From assembly GCA_051294905.1 (NCBI GenBank), contig CM119371.1:39310001-39374000 (forward strand): 64,000 nt of DNA, written 5' to 3'. The translations under genes and the position numbers were made by a program. Origin of the DNA: Botryllus schlosseri. Taxonomy: Eukaryota. Of this stretch, positions 1 to 12,600 are shown in pieces. Numbering within the stretch: the first letter of the stretch is position 1; each line of letters starts with the position of its first letter. The notes beneath the pieces were generated by a model. That model searched no databases, was not told the origin of the DNA, and was given only the letters and a program-made list of their open reading frames with translations.

Positions 1-1118
1 AGAACAATCCCGCATTGCACTGCGGCAGAAAATAATCGAGTTGACTCAGATGGTCAAGTACTTGGAAGAGACTGATAAGCTCATGTGTAGATTTGAAAGC
101 GATGATTCTTTGCATTTTTGGGCGACTCGAAAGAATGAGTATCCAATGCTCTTCAGTGTGGTTCAAAAATGCTTCTCGATTCCTGCATCTAACGCACCAG
201 TGGAACGTGTATTCAGTAGAGGTGGATTTATTTTAAGGCCATGCCGCTCTAATATAGGCCTATCTGAGGAGCTCCTTTCCACTTTGGTTTTAAAGTGTAA
301 CTCATCATTGATTTGATCTGCTGTCTGTGAAAGCACACAATACCCTCTGTCCATTTGAGGTTTTGTTGGTATGTGCATTGTGCACGTGAGAAATAATGAA
401 TGGCTAATGCCGCGTGATGTTTGTACAATAGGACTGTTCAAATGCAATTTGGAAAATCTTAAGTAATATCAACAGGTATCTGTTTTTTTCACTGCATAAT
501 GCACATTGCACATAGCTGCATGCGCGCTTTTACAGCATGCTGGTCTGTTGTAAATACCTCTACATAAACATGCATCTGTTGATTCTCTATCAGCTGGTAT
601 CTTGACGTGAATTGGTTGGTTCTCTATCAGATAGTATATAGACGTGAATTGGTTGGTTCTCTATCAGCTATTTATGAGCTATCGTCGATGTGCTCATCAT
701 AAAAACTGAATGCTTGAATTGCTGTTGTATCAGACTGACAAGACAGATATTTGATTTTAAGTTCTAACTTAGTGAAGTTATCTGTAGCATCGGTAGATGA
801 GGCCAGGACCTGTCCTTTAACTGCCTAAATAAACACGTGCCAAGACTCTGATATGGACGAAATGAGCATGTTTGGCATGCAAGGAATTCGATATCACCCA
901 AGCAGGATTGAAAACATGAGTTGAACATGACTTCAATACTGTGACTTGGACTCGACTCGAGTCATAACACTATGACTCGGACTTGACCCTTTAAACGGTG
1001 ACTTGGACTCGGACTCGACTCGGTGCTGAATTGAAAATGACTCGGCTTGTCTCGAGTCAAAACCACAAAAGTAAGATTGACTCGTGACTCGGATCCATGT
1101 GACTTGGTTACAACCCTG
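1..1118 (+). mobile_element. 3' part of a hAT DNA transposon: transposase C-terminal dimerization domain remnant plus right terminus
   Basis: ORF 41-316 has the hAT dimerization-domain signature FW...YPML...FSIPASNAPVERVFS. GACTCGAGTC/GACTTGGACTC subterminal repeats occupy ~930-1105, and the element ends in the TIR ...GACTTGGTTACAACCCTG at 1118, the same terminus as the MITEs at 1741-2312 and 50251-52341. Confidence 0.8.
583..667. repeat. 37-bp tandem repeat (~2.3 copies)
   Basis: TTCTCTATCAG recurs at 583, 620 and 657; GACGTGAATTGGTTGG precedes the second and third copies. Confidence 0.85.
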
Positions 1119-1639
1119 TGAAACCCGATTAGTCACCGGTTATCACGATAATGGGTTTATTCCGTATCAGAGCCAATGCGACACCTTTGACGAGCATATC
1201 CATGTGGGATCGATGCGTGCATTGAAAGAGATACTGCAGTCTGAAATCCGGTTTCCCTTTCTTTTAAACGCAGGACTAGATCCTGACCGGTTTTTGATTT
1301 TTGATAAAGTCGATATCTACCCCCTTCATCGATACATTTAGCAGATATTTAAAAATAAGGCATCTAAATTTTATTAACGCGCATTTCCACAACTCCAGAC
1401 CAGTTCCAGGGTACTCAACTGATTTGCCTATTTGCACTGATTAATCATGTGGTTATGATTTCAGAATACTCAATAGTTTTCCAAACGATACCTAGGATAC
1501 TTACTTTTCAACTTATTCGGAAATCCTCGTTTCTACTTGTATACTTGAGTGGAAGTGAACGACGTTAGTTACACTTCACCTTGAGTACCGACGGGGCCTA
1601 CGGTATCAACTATGACTACTCTGAATACTTCAGCTTGTA

Positions 1640-2658
1640 CGGACGATTCCCAAATCAAGCGTATTTTTTCGCAGCACAACGAAATCACGGTTTTCCCGCT
1701 ATCGGCACGAACCCAATCGTCAGTCCTCGTACGTCTTCAGCAGGGTTCTAACCATGTCACAAGGCCCCGAGTCAGAAGTCAATCTCAGTTTTACAGTTTT
1801 GATTCGAGTCAAGTCGAGTCATTCTGAATTCACCACCGAGTCAAGTCCGAGTCCAAGTCAACGATCAGAGGTGCTAGTCCGAGTCATGGTATTATTACTC
1901 GAGTCCGAGTCCAAGTCATCGTGTTGACTGTTCAGTTTCCAGTTAAAGTCTTCTTAAACCCACTTTTATAACTGTGTTTGGTGATATCAAATGGTTCGCA
2001 ATATAAGATACTGAATTTCCCTCAATTTTAGCTGTTTCTGGTCGCATTTTCAAATACTACTACCAATAGACGAAATACCAATAGGGTGGTTGCGTTACTA
2101 TTCTGTGAAATGACAATGAAATGTCGGTCATATGACTTGGTTAGAGTCATGCGCAATGACTCGAGTTCAAGTCGAGTCAATGCACAGATTGACTCGAGTC
2201 GAGTCGAATCATTTCCGTAATTAGAAAATGACTCGAGTCAAGTCGAGTCATCAGAAAATCGTGACTCGAGTCAGGATCGAGTCGAGTCATGCCTCGAGTC
2301 ATTACAACCCTGGTCTTCAGACGGGGCATTACCGACTTGCCAACCACCTGCTTCTAATTGGGAGCCACGAAGACGAGCTATGTCGACCTTGCCAGCGGCA
2401 TGAAACTGTGGAACATTTCCTCAGTCATTGCCCAAAATATTCATGCGAACGGGAGTACCTGGAAGGCGTAGCTCGGGAACACGGCGTGCCTTTCTTCATA
2501 GGTAACATACTGACCCATCCCGCCACGATTTCCTCGGCAACAGAATTTCTTTTGTTGTCGGGAAGAGAGATTTAATGGCATAATGCATATATAACTAATT
2601 GACCTGATGCACAAGGCCATTGCTGCCGAGCACCAAAAATTCCATACCAACAACAACA
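1640..2658 (+). mobile_element. 5'-truncated non-LTR retrotransposon (I-group-like LINE): ORF2 C-terminus, 3' UTR and (CAA)n tail, interrupted by a MITE
   Basis: Removing the MITE and one TSD copy joins ...SVLVRLQ to TGHYRLANHL... in frame, followed by the CCHC knuckle CRPCQRHETVEHFLSHCPKY and a stop at 2575. A CAACAACAAC tail follows. Probable TSD ACTTCAGCTTGTA (1627-1639) / ACTTCGGCTTATA (2659-2671). Confidence 0.85.
1741..2312. mobile_element. hAT MITE (CAGGGTT termini, GAGTC subterminal repeats)
   Basis: Starts CAGGGTTCTAA and ends TTACAACCCTG; perfect 8-bp TSD GTCTTCAG at 1733-1740 and 2313-2320. Confidence 0.95.
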
Positions 2659-3629
2659 ACTTCGGCTTATAGGCTGGAATACAACAATATTCCAAGTCTA
2701 GCAGTCACAGATTATGGGTCTCTCACTCCCTTCCACCGTGCTGTGACGTCTCGAAAAATGCCGATTTGTTTCTACCTTCAATTGCCGATACCGATATTTC
2801 TTTCAAAGTGCTATATCGACTCCATATCATTGGCGAAGCGATAAAATCGGTCTGGCTATACACATGACTGCAAATCAATCAATGTAATTGATGTCGCGTA
2901 AATGACACCAGCTACTACGTAAAGATGTTGATACTTTCAGCGATTCTTCAATAAATAAGCCTCGATAATAGCTATAATTCCGCTTTAGATGTCGGACTAA
3001 CCGAGCTGAGTGAGAAACAGAAATTGTGGTAATCTTAATTCAGACCAAAACACGACCGCAACAATGTCAGCGTTCCTAGTTGTAAGTAATGGTGGTGCTC
3101 CTCGCAACCTAACCGTAGTCTTGCGACACCACAAGCATGACGCGCAATAACATATTTGTAGCAACCAAAGTTCAATTTTAGTCACTGATGCTTCTAATAA
3201 TAGATCGCATGGAGAGCAACAGAAGAATGTCCGTCCTAATCCAATTTCGAAAGAAGTCGATTAACTTCCGATAACGTAAGTATGTGAGAGTGGTTAATTT
3301 GATCTTGAGAAATCTCGTACAGTGGATCTAGTAGAAGCGTTCTCCATGAATAAAGTGATTTACCGTATGCAGTAACCGAGAGAATAGTTGAGGATTCATC
3401 GTAATGACGTTGATGAGAATGTGGCGATTCCATCGCGTTTGCCCCTGGCAATTAAATAACTGAGCGTAATATTAAACATTCACCGAAAGTCATCATCTTA
3501 CAGTTACGATTAGCCGAACATTGGCAGCAATGACTCAGTACATTCACAGTTAAGCGGTAAACACATAGGATATCAACCTGGTAAAATCTAAAAAAAATAT
3601 TGTCATTCCGACATTACTGCTCTAAAAAT

Positions 3630-4162
3630 AAATAAAAAGTCAGATTCCACGTTTCCAGATTAGGACACGCCATGGACATGCAAGATTACGGTATGACAAG
3701 CAAATGCTAGATTGCGAAACATCAGTTTCAAACGCTATGATGAGCCATACTTTGATGAATTAGTTCATATGGGCGAAGGGCGACAATGTGGTATAAACGG
3801 AACCACGCCAAACCGCGACCTAAATTATATCCACCGATACTTTCGTGAAATTATACTGGTCATTCTGTATCCACTGCGCGCGAAGCGCGACGAAATTCTT
3901 GGCTTTACTAAACTTTTGTGAAAATTAAATGTTGATACTCCGTGAAAACAGCCTCGAAATTTCTCAGGCTATCTTCCTGATTGGAAGATTGAACTACTTC
4001 TACTTGACAAACTGAAAATAGCGAAAAGTAAGTAAGTAGATCACGAAATATTACGAAGTAGAAGTAGCGAAAATCAAATCTACTTGAGTAAGTAGCAGAA
4101 GTAGAGGAAAGCTACTTGAGTACTTCGAAAAAGTAAAAGTACTTCGTTACTGACCACCACTG
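3630..4162 (-). mobile_element. partial copy of the AGTAGAAGTA-rich hAT MITE family
   Basis: Ends ...GTTACTGACCACCACTG; reverse-complement similarity to the left part of the element at 17607-18883. Confidence 0.7.
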
Positions 4163-4802
4163 ATTATACTATAGGATATTATAGTGATTCTTATTGTCTT
4201 CGCTCGCAATCTGCATTGCGCAGTACAATCCGTGACAAGTTATTTTAAATAAAATTCTTACCAACGGGGAAGTAAGTCTATCGTCATGAACAGCGCATTG
4301 ACTACGTGATCTTAATTACCATTTTCAGAGCATGGCATACAGTTCAATCGCTGATATTTCTATTAATAGTAGTTTGCAACTGTGAAATATTTGATATGAT
4401 TCTATTTCGAATAAAATCGATAAAAATCCGAGAACATCACCCTTTTAGGGCGGTTCATATGTTCGCAGGGAATCTCGTTAATTAATCTCCGACGAAACGA
4501 CCACCAACAATAACCGATTCGCTGAATGATTGCCCAAAAATAAGCGAACGAGAGAATTGTTTATGATGCACCGGAATGCTGCAGATTTAGAATGCCGCGA
4601 TCTGGTAACGTTTGCCCCCTGGCGGTGAGATAGTTATGACTCGGCTCGTTTGCCAAAATACTGTTGAACTTTCCCCTCAATTCATCATAACAGTGACAAC
4701 AGTGACTAAGCAGCTCAACAAAGCCGCATTCAAGAACAGTCTGCCGAATGGTCTACTTTCTACATTTGATACGAGCAGATCGAAGAGAAATGCAACAAAT
4801 GA

Positions 4803-5325
4803 TTGAACATTATATAAATCTGATGTTTTACAACTGTCCAGTTTCCATCAAATTTATTGGCTATAGCAGTGGTTCTCAATCTTTTTGTCTTCACCGACCC
4901 CTTTTGGACAGTCACGGATCCCCGTGGACTCTATCAATTAGTGTTTATTTAAAATTTGATCAATAATCCTGCAATCATCATGTATTTCCTGTGCAAATAT
5001 CAACTGTAGGCTAGTGATAAACAGCAACAAATTGACTTTTCTTGTAAATAACATCAAAATGCTTGAATATTATATAAATCTGATGTTTTACAACTGTCCA
5101 GTTTCCACCAAATGTATTGGCTCTAGCAATGGTTCTCAATCTATTTGTCTTCGCCGACCCCTTTTGGACAGTCACGGATCCCTGTGGACTTTCTCAATTA
5201 GAGTTTGTTCAAATTTTGATCATTAATCCTGCAATCATCATGTATTTCCTGTGCAAATATTAACTGTAGGCTAGTGATAAACAGCAACAAATTGACTTTT
5301 CTTGAAAATAACATCGAAATGCTTG
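4803..5325. repeat. 260-bp tandem duplication spanning the left end of a hAT MITE
   Basis: Near-identical blocks start at 4803 (TTGAACATTATATAAATCTGATG) and 5063 (TTGAATATTATATAAATCTGATG). Confidence 0.9.
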
Positions 5326-5560
5326 CATCAGTATTAAGTATTAGTATAAGTAATAAAATAAATAAGTTTGTACCAGTTAGGATTACTCATGTCAGACAGT
5401 CATTATGTAGATGTGAGCTTAGCAGTTATATGAACCTTATAAACTCTCTCATGATTTTCCGAGTTTAGAAAATTACAAATAGGGTAAATTTGATATTGCA
5501 AATGTAGAGGTTTCGCGGACCCCCGAACATACTTCGCTCACCACTATTTGAGAACCACTG
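4867..5560. mobile_element. Charlie-like hAT MITE
   Basis: TIRs CAGTGGTTCTCAA ... TTGAGAACCACTG; flanks GGCTATAG / GTTTATAG look like a degenerate 8-bp TSD. Confidence 0.75.
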
Positions 5561-6694
5561 GTTTATAGTTTGCACACGTTACTTATGTGTAATGGTATTT
5601 GTTGACAGCCTGACGCTGCTATGTCAAAGGAATAACTTTCGATTGAAACAATGATCTGAAACGTACTCGAGTATGGGGTTTCAAACTGTAGGCTAAGCCG
5701 GGGGCTAAGATTATAAGCTACTTTTAGCTGTTGATTCGAGAGGAATACTTTTCGAAGAACGAGGTAGGCCAACATCTTCGCGATTGGCGGAAAATTCAAA
5801 ATAGCACTACAAATTGGTGCGGTTTCCGAAAATAAATTCAGTCACCGTTGTACAGAGGCTATTTATCCAGGTTAGAAACTTCACCAAAAATGTAATGCAA
5901 ACATACCCCCAAACTACTTTCTACGTTACAAACCAACTTTCTACTTTACAAAACTGTAAAGTAAAGGTATTATAAGTAGTCAAAAACATAAATGCCTGAG
6001 TTAGTATAGTGCAAGATGGCAAAAAGTAAAACAGGAGCTCCGTGCAAATACTCTGGCTTCTAATAATAGAAGTCAAAAAGCCGAATATCTACGTGACCTA
6101 ACCTATTTTGTACTACATAGAAAGCGACCCGATAACATCAGAATGTCGGGATTGCTTGTTTGTGTGCGAGGAATCTTGTTGTTCAATCTTTGAAAAAACG
6201 ATGACCGCAACATCGTAAGATTACTTGCCGAGAGATTTATGACTCGTCAGAATACGTGGATCGATCATGTCACGATTCCGTCCATGAAATTGTATGAATA
6301 TAAATATATGCATGAGCTCTTCACAATAATAACATAAATTCCCGCGATTTAATCAAAACAGCGCTACAGGAACAAGCAGCTAATCTGATCGGCAAGTCAA
6401 TTAATACGCCGTTGAGCAGAGAAGTCACTGCATGCCGACCAGATTTATGCTATAGATGATAACATTTTATGGCAGTCGACGTGTTTACCATAGAGCCCAT
6501 TTGGTTGGTTTCCTACCGGCACGAATTTCCTTCAAAGATAGGTCAAAGCATTCGACATACGTTAACCAGGTAACAGAAGGTGGCTACTTTAATATATGCT
6601 AGATGCTAGATATATTTGTGACTAATGCAAAACGAAACAGGACACGACTACAAACACCCCCCAGTCTTTGAAACTGTATTCAGTTACCGCGGAT

Positions 6695-6990
6695 TGTTGT
6701 TGTTGTTGTGGTATTTATGGTGTTTTTCGACAACCATGCTCATCTACAGCAGGCCAATCTTCTTCATTTTTGTCCCGTAGATGCCGATTTGTAGCACGGC
6801 AGACTTATAGTCTTTTGTAAGACATTCCTCACAATGATGAGATGTCGAGAAGGAGCCTACAACCTCCAGCCCTTAGGCAGGAATTCTAGAGTCGAACTAT
6901 AGGTCGGACGCGAACCAGCAACTCATTGATGTTGCAGCAGTGGATTTTAGGCTATCTCGTCACCCATGTCACCGATTTGTGGGCAATGGT
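6695..6990 (-). mobile_element. tRNA-derived SINE, family 1, with (CAA)n tail
   Basis: Reverse complement aligns to 14716-14980; B-box-like GGTTCGCGTCC; ends ...CACCATAAATACCACAACAACAACAA. Confidence 0.75.
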
Positions 6991-7654
6991 GTACTGTACG
7001 CAGTCGCAATGACACAATCACTCGTGAACGTGATGTAAATATATCCTAAACCGCTTTCTACTGCACAAAATCAATGTTTCAAAAGAAAGTTGTTTTACTT
7101 CTGAAATATTAATGGCATCTTTCACTCGGGATTAGTCGTGACGACGTGCCCTGGAAGTTAAAAAGTATCAACCTGTTGCTGTTGTATTTGTTGTTGATTA
7201 TGCTTGCTTGACGATTACATTCGTCAAAATACAAGATTCCTTTTAATACAATAAATCGTTTAAACTCAAATGTATGGAAAATTCAACAACGTATGAAAAA
7301 AATCAGTCCGTATGTCCGCAAGTTCATTAAAGTGAGAGCGATATTTTATTCCGACACGTGTTAATGGTGCCTCCGGTGTCTATGATTGCGACATTTCAAT
7401 AATTAATGGCTGACGCTCTCTACTTCGTTGAACAATTTACTGAATCTGCCATTCTCAATTTGATCAGGTGAGCTGGTCCCGTCCGCAATGTCCGGTTTGT
7501 AGCCGGAACAAAATCGATTGACATTATCAATATTATTATAAGTAATGGCACATTGACGGTGGTGCTTAACGTCTTTTTCAGGGTTTGTGCACCACGACAC
7601 GAATATTTGTAATGTTCATATTTCTTTGCCTTTCGTAATCTTGAGGAAGACTTT

Positions 7655-7890
7655 GACTCTTTCTCTCATTCAGACGTCCGTCTCTGTCGATTCAATGCGT
7701 TCCCATGGTGGTCTTTTGCTACCGACTTGTAGCACGGCTCACTTTGGGGCTGGGCTTTACAACGTACTATACGGTAGTAGTGAAGTCGGAGATGAGGAGT
7801 CCAGAGAAACTTCCGGCAGAACCGTGATTCGAAACCACTTCCATTGGTGTCGTGACTACAATGATTAGATTTACCAACTACGCCACTCGC
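7655..7890 (-). mobile_element. tRNA-derived SINE, family 2, sharing its core with family 1 but with a different 3' tail
   Basis: Minus strand: A-box TGGCGTAGTTGG (7874-7885), B-box GGTTTCGAATC (7826-7836), core GCCGTGCTACAAGTCGG (7722-7738), tail CATGGGAACGCATTGAATCGACAGAGACGGACGTCTGAATGAGAG. Confidence 0.65.
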
Positions 7891-9662
7891 TTCTCCAAAA
7901 GACGTTTGACATCTTTTCGGCAGTCTATTCGTGTCAGCTCTGTGGTAAACGGTCGAAAACATTCCTGACATTGTTGTATCCACCTATGGCTTTGACGACG
8001 TTTCGACCAAATTTTCTATTTTGAAGCTACTTCCTTGAGTACATTTCAAAGATTTATTTTCAATTTCCACTTAAAGTATATGTAATGGGTATCGCTACTT
8101 CGACCTGTATTTGAGTGGTAATATACGTGGGAGCTTCTACTCCTACTTGAGTACCAATGAAGCCTGCTTTAACCTGCCGTGGATGGTCAGTAGATATGTT
8201 CTGCTTGAGATATTCAAAGTTACTGAAAGAATGTTATCAACGGGTTCTGTTCAGTTACCACAATGAGATACGTAAACAGCTTGCATCTACTTATGGTAAT
8301 AAAGGCCAAGCTATACTTCGTCCTAAAACACCTTTTTGGGTACATTATAAAAGCTCGGTGAAAGTATGACACCAATAAAAACTCTGTTCCTCGAAAATAA
8401 TATCTCGTGATGCAATCTCAAGAACCTGCGATGTTTTATTGTAAACAGTGTAGACTCCGGAAACCTCCGATCTGAGAACTTGAAAAAATGACTCTCCTAA
8501 AAAAGGGGCGTGAAATCCCGCCTATTAATACAAACAGCGCTAAATCGTATATAACCCGAATATCTGCCGGACCTGTGTAGATGATAGTCGGCATAGCATG
8601 CCGCGCATGAAGATAAGCGGGTGTGCTTTGATTGTCAAAGTATTCAGAATTTTTACTCAAAGCAGTAGAAGAATTCAGACATGGACAAGCACATAATTCT
8701 AGCTGTCACATGGATTTATAATACGGGCGAAATGCTGGTTGTCTAATTCACATTTAATTCCTGAAATCTTTCAATGGTATCATTTGAACTCCAAGCTATT
8801 TCGCGATTTCCTAAAAATGCTGCAGCAGAACTGTGCAGTGCAAAACGAGCCAAAAAGCTTGATATAAAGACATTTGCCATTTTCGTGCTTATTAAAATGA
8901 GCTCTGATTGATATGAACTGAACTTTTTGTTGTATTTCTCTCCAATCCCGTGTACAATTCAATTTACAAGCTTTTCCGAATTCACAAGTTCTGATTCTAA
9001 TCGAATTTGCTCAAGCTGAAAATTTTAAAGCTGTGCCATTCCGGTGGGGATAAGGTCGTAACTTTAATACTCAATTGCAAGTAAAATTAGCTTGTATACA
9101 AGCCAAATCTGCATAGAGCGAAAGTAGGACAGAAAATGTCCGAAAACTATTCCAAGAAGTAGTTCAAAAAATAGGTCTGGTCGGGGGCTCGCATAATAAT
9201 AATTAGTTACCCGGATACGGCTATTCTCGAGATTACAGCATATATCTTCGGACCAAAAATGACTCTACAAATAGGTACGATCTTCAGGAACCGCATGATA
9301 TATTTCACGCGCTTCTTTCGATAATTTAACTCCCGAAAGCGATGGACCCATATCCAAAAACGACTTTAAACTTATTAACATTATAATTATAAAAAGTGAG
9401 TAGCGTTGCTTAAAAAGTGTTGAAGTCGACGTGAAAGTAATTTAAAACACATAACCACCTCACTAAGTAGTGAAAATGGTGTGTGTATACACCAAAAACT
9501 ATATGTTCTTAGTCACTTACTCACCTAGACTTTTAGTATTGTGTCACATTTGCAAAAATAGCATTTTGACTCTTGTTTATGATTATGAGCTTCAGGCAAA
9601 ATCAATTCTCTGCCGCGTTCCAGATTTATCACTGTATACTTCTGCAGTCTGTATAGATCGAA

Positions 9663-12600
9663 ATGCGATTCCACGCGAGTTTGATTCTACTTTTAGCGGC
9701 GGGTGAGTATGACATATGACGTGGTCGCTGACGTGACCTACATCAATGTTTACCATTACAGTCGTGTGCAAAGCAAGTTCCACGAATGGACAGCGAACGG
9801 ATCGTGGATTGGTGAGTAAGTCGCAGTCGTTACGCGTTTAGCAGCCGACAACGCTCTTCTTTTCACCGCCCTTGATGCATTTCAATACATCCCAAAATGC
9901 CATATACACCGTACTAAACATAGGTCGTCAGATGTGAAGAAATGTTGTATTTGTTTGATAATATCAATTTGGTTTCGTCTGTACTGAAGAATTTGATCAT
10001 GTGGTCATGTTTCAGACAGCTTTCTCTTCTGCTTGAGATAAGCAAAACTAGTAGAGTGGTTATGATTTAGACGACGTCGAAAATACCCACTGATTAACTG
10101 CCACCCTCTGCGAAACCGCGACCAAATCTACTTCATGAAACAATACTCAGTTGAGGTGCTTTCGGGACGTCTCAGTAATCGCTACTTCTATATGTACTTG
10201 AGTAGATGTTCTCGTCATTACTTTTAGTTCTACTCGAGTAGCATCTCAAGTGAAACTACTTCGTTCCTCTTCGGAAATCTACTGTTCGTTGAGCGGTTAT
10301 AGCTAGAAATCAATGGTTATGATATTACCAACGTTATGACATTCGTGGTTTATCTGGACTATATAATTCCTGAATAATGATTATATAATTTCATGTTTTT
10401 CTTCATTGCTGTAGTACGTGGACTCAAAGTTGGTTAACAGCGGATACAGGGTGCGTACGCCTAATCGTCCACAGAGGTACTCTCAGACATCCTTGACAAA
10501 TTACTGGATTTCTCTGTGGCTCAGCAGTAAGTATGAACATGTGTTATCAGAATATATCAGGGATCGGTAACCAATGACACGCGTGTCATTTGCACAAGTC
10601 ACATGCGGGTTAATGTTTGTCCTACCTCCTAAATCAGTCGCATTTTTCGAAGCAGAAGTTTTCAAAAATTATAAATCATGACTGGAACCAACGAGTTACC
10701 GTTTTTGGTGACCCAATACGCCAGTTTATAGAATACCACAACTAATATATTCTACTTATGTCTTAATCTTATCGCAATTCATGAAATATCATCACAAGCG
10801 TAAAATCGGTGCGGTAAGACGCAACGGCGGCTCTCAGATTTCAGCTCAATTGTTCGGATTTCTTGCCTAGTTCGAAAACTAGGAACGAAATCGAAATCTT
10901 GCACATACTACATACTACTTCATGCTGCGACTAATAATAATATTATACCCCTAATCCCATTTTTATATCATGAAAACGTAACATCACTCTATAAAATGCA
11001 GTCAATGTCACCACAAATATGCGCAATGTTTACAAGTGATTTAGATACCGTGGTATATCCAGGGACTATTTACCATGTACTTTCAATGGCAATTTCTTCT
11101 ATGAAAGCGATACCAATTTGGGCTACCCCGAAATTGGTGTCTCTAAAGTGCAGTTTTGAGTTGAGTTTCTAAGAGCAGTTTTGCAGCGGTAGATTAGAGT
11201 ATAGATCAGGGGCGGGCAACTTCTCGAGTCAGCGGGCCGGATATAGGAAAATTGAGTACTTGGCGGGCCGGATTGCTGAATCGATACAATATTCGTCCAT
11301 TTATCCACATTCCACATATACAAGGAATAAATCGCATTTAATGAATACATTTTAACGACAGTAATGTCACTTCAATGCCATTTCTCGCCGATAATGACGA
11401 CGACAATGTGGCTTTGAGAATAGCCTTGTCATACATGCGCCGCCATGTCTGCTTCTATCTGATCAATCAACACACGGTGCAATCCTCAATTAAGATTTCA
11501 AGGAGTTCGATAACCCCGGTACCCCTAATTTACCAACACATATATTCGTTAGGGTTGAGTAGGTGACGAGATAGCATCGTTGTTCAACTGTGTGGCCTGA
11601 GAAATCTCGATAATGAATTCATGCGGTCCGCGACCTCTACGAAATTTGAAAAGTAGCCCGCGACCCGTTTTGAGTTGGCGATCCCTGATATAAGCAGTGT
11701 TTTCGTCTTACAAAAGCCTAGAAGTGTGCCGTGCTACAAGTCGGCGGTTACAGAATGAGAAATAAGAAATATCAGCCTGGTGTAATTGACCATTGTAGTC
11801 GACAAACACCATGATTACCACAAACGACATTAGGGTTGAGTACATCCGAAATGCCGATAATGCAAGTCTTCTCGCTTCGACGAACTTACGCGTAAGCTCC
11901 ACTCTAGCACGCTGCGCATATACGTATATAATAACATGCACTAAAATTTGACGTTGTAAGCAAGTAGTGGGAAATCTCGGCAGACTAGGGCCGCAGGCCA
12001 CATTATCATGTAAAACGGAAAACTGTTCGCGGGCCGGACAAAATCCCTTCGCGGGCCGGATCCGGCCCGCGGGCCGTATGTTGCCCACCCCTGGAGTAGA
12101 TGATACTCTTGGAGATACAAAACTTCAATATGTAATTGTATAATATTATCGTATTGAAATAAACCCGAATATTTTCGTTTGAAACTCATTTGGGGTAACC
12201 GTCAGCAACTATCGGAGAATTGATAAGTGAAAGTGCAAGTAATCTAACCATGTTGAGTACTGAGAAAATGTAAAGGCACTTCGTTAGCGACCAATTATAT
12301 ACAAATCATTCGCACGTGAGTTGTTGATACTTAGATATTCAGACAAATTTCCGACCCTTAAACTATAATTTCAGCATCGGACATCGGGATATATTCCAAT
12401 ATCCCTCAAATTGTCCTTTTCAGATTTATTGGAAAGCTCTTATGACTGGGTGGAGTACGAGGGTTGTCGCTATCGAGTCGGACCGAATGTAGCGACCGCA
12501 GAAGAAGCAATATCGGATTGCGCCAAAGTTAGCGATGGACACCTTGTTCACATGAACATCAGAACTGCCGACGACCGCCTGTGAGTGTAATTAAATTCAA

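Noticed and set aside
847..868. CTCTGATATGGACGAAATGAGC as a hammerhead core
   Set aside because: CTGATAT breaks the CUGANGA consensus and there are no supporting stems.
933..1136. Ser/Arg-rich ORFs such as MTRVESKSQ (also the start of 2228-2575 and 49993-50385)
   Set aside because: Chance translation of GACTCGAGTC subterminal repeats of the hAT MITE family.
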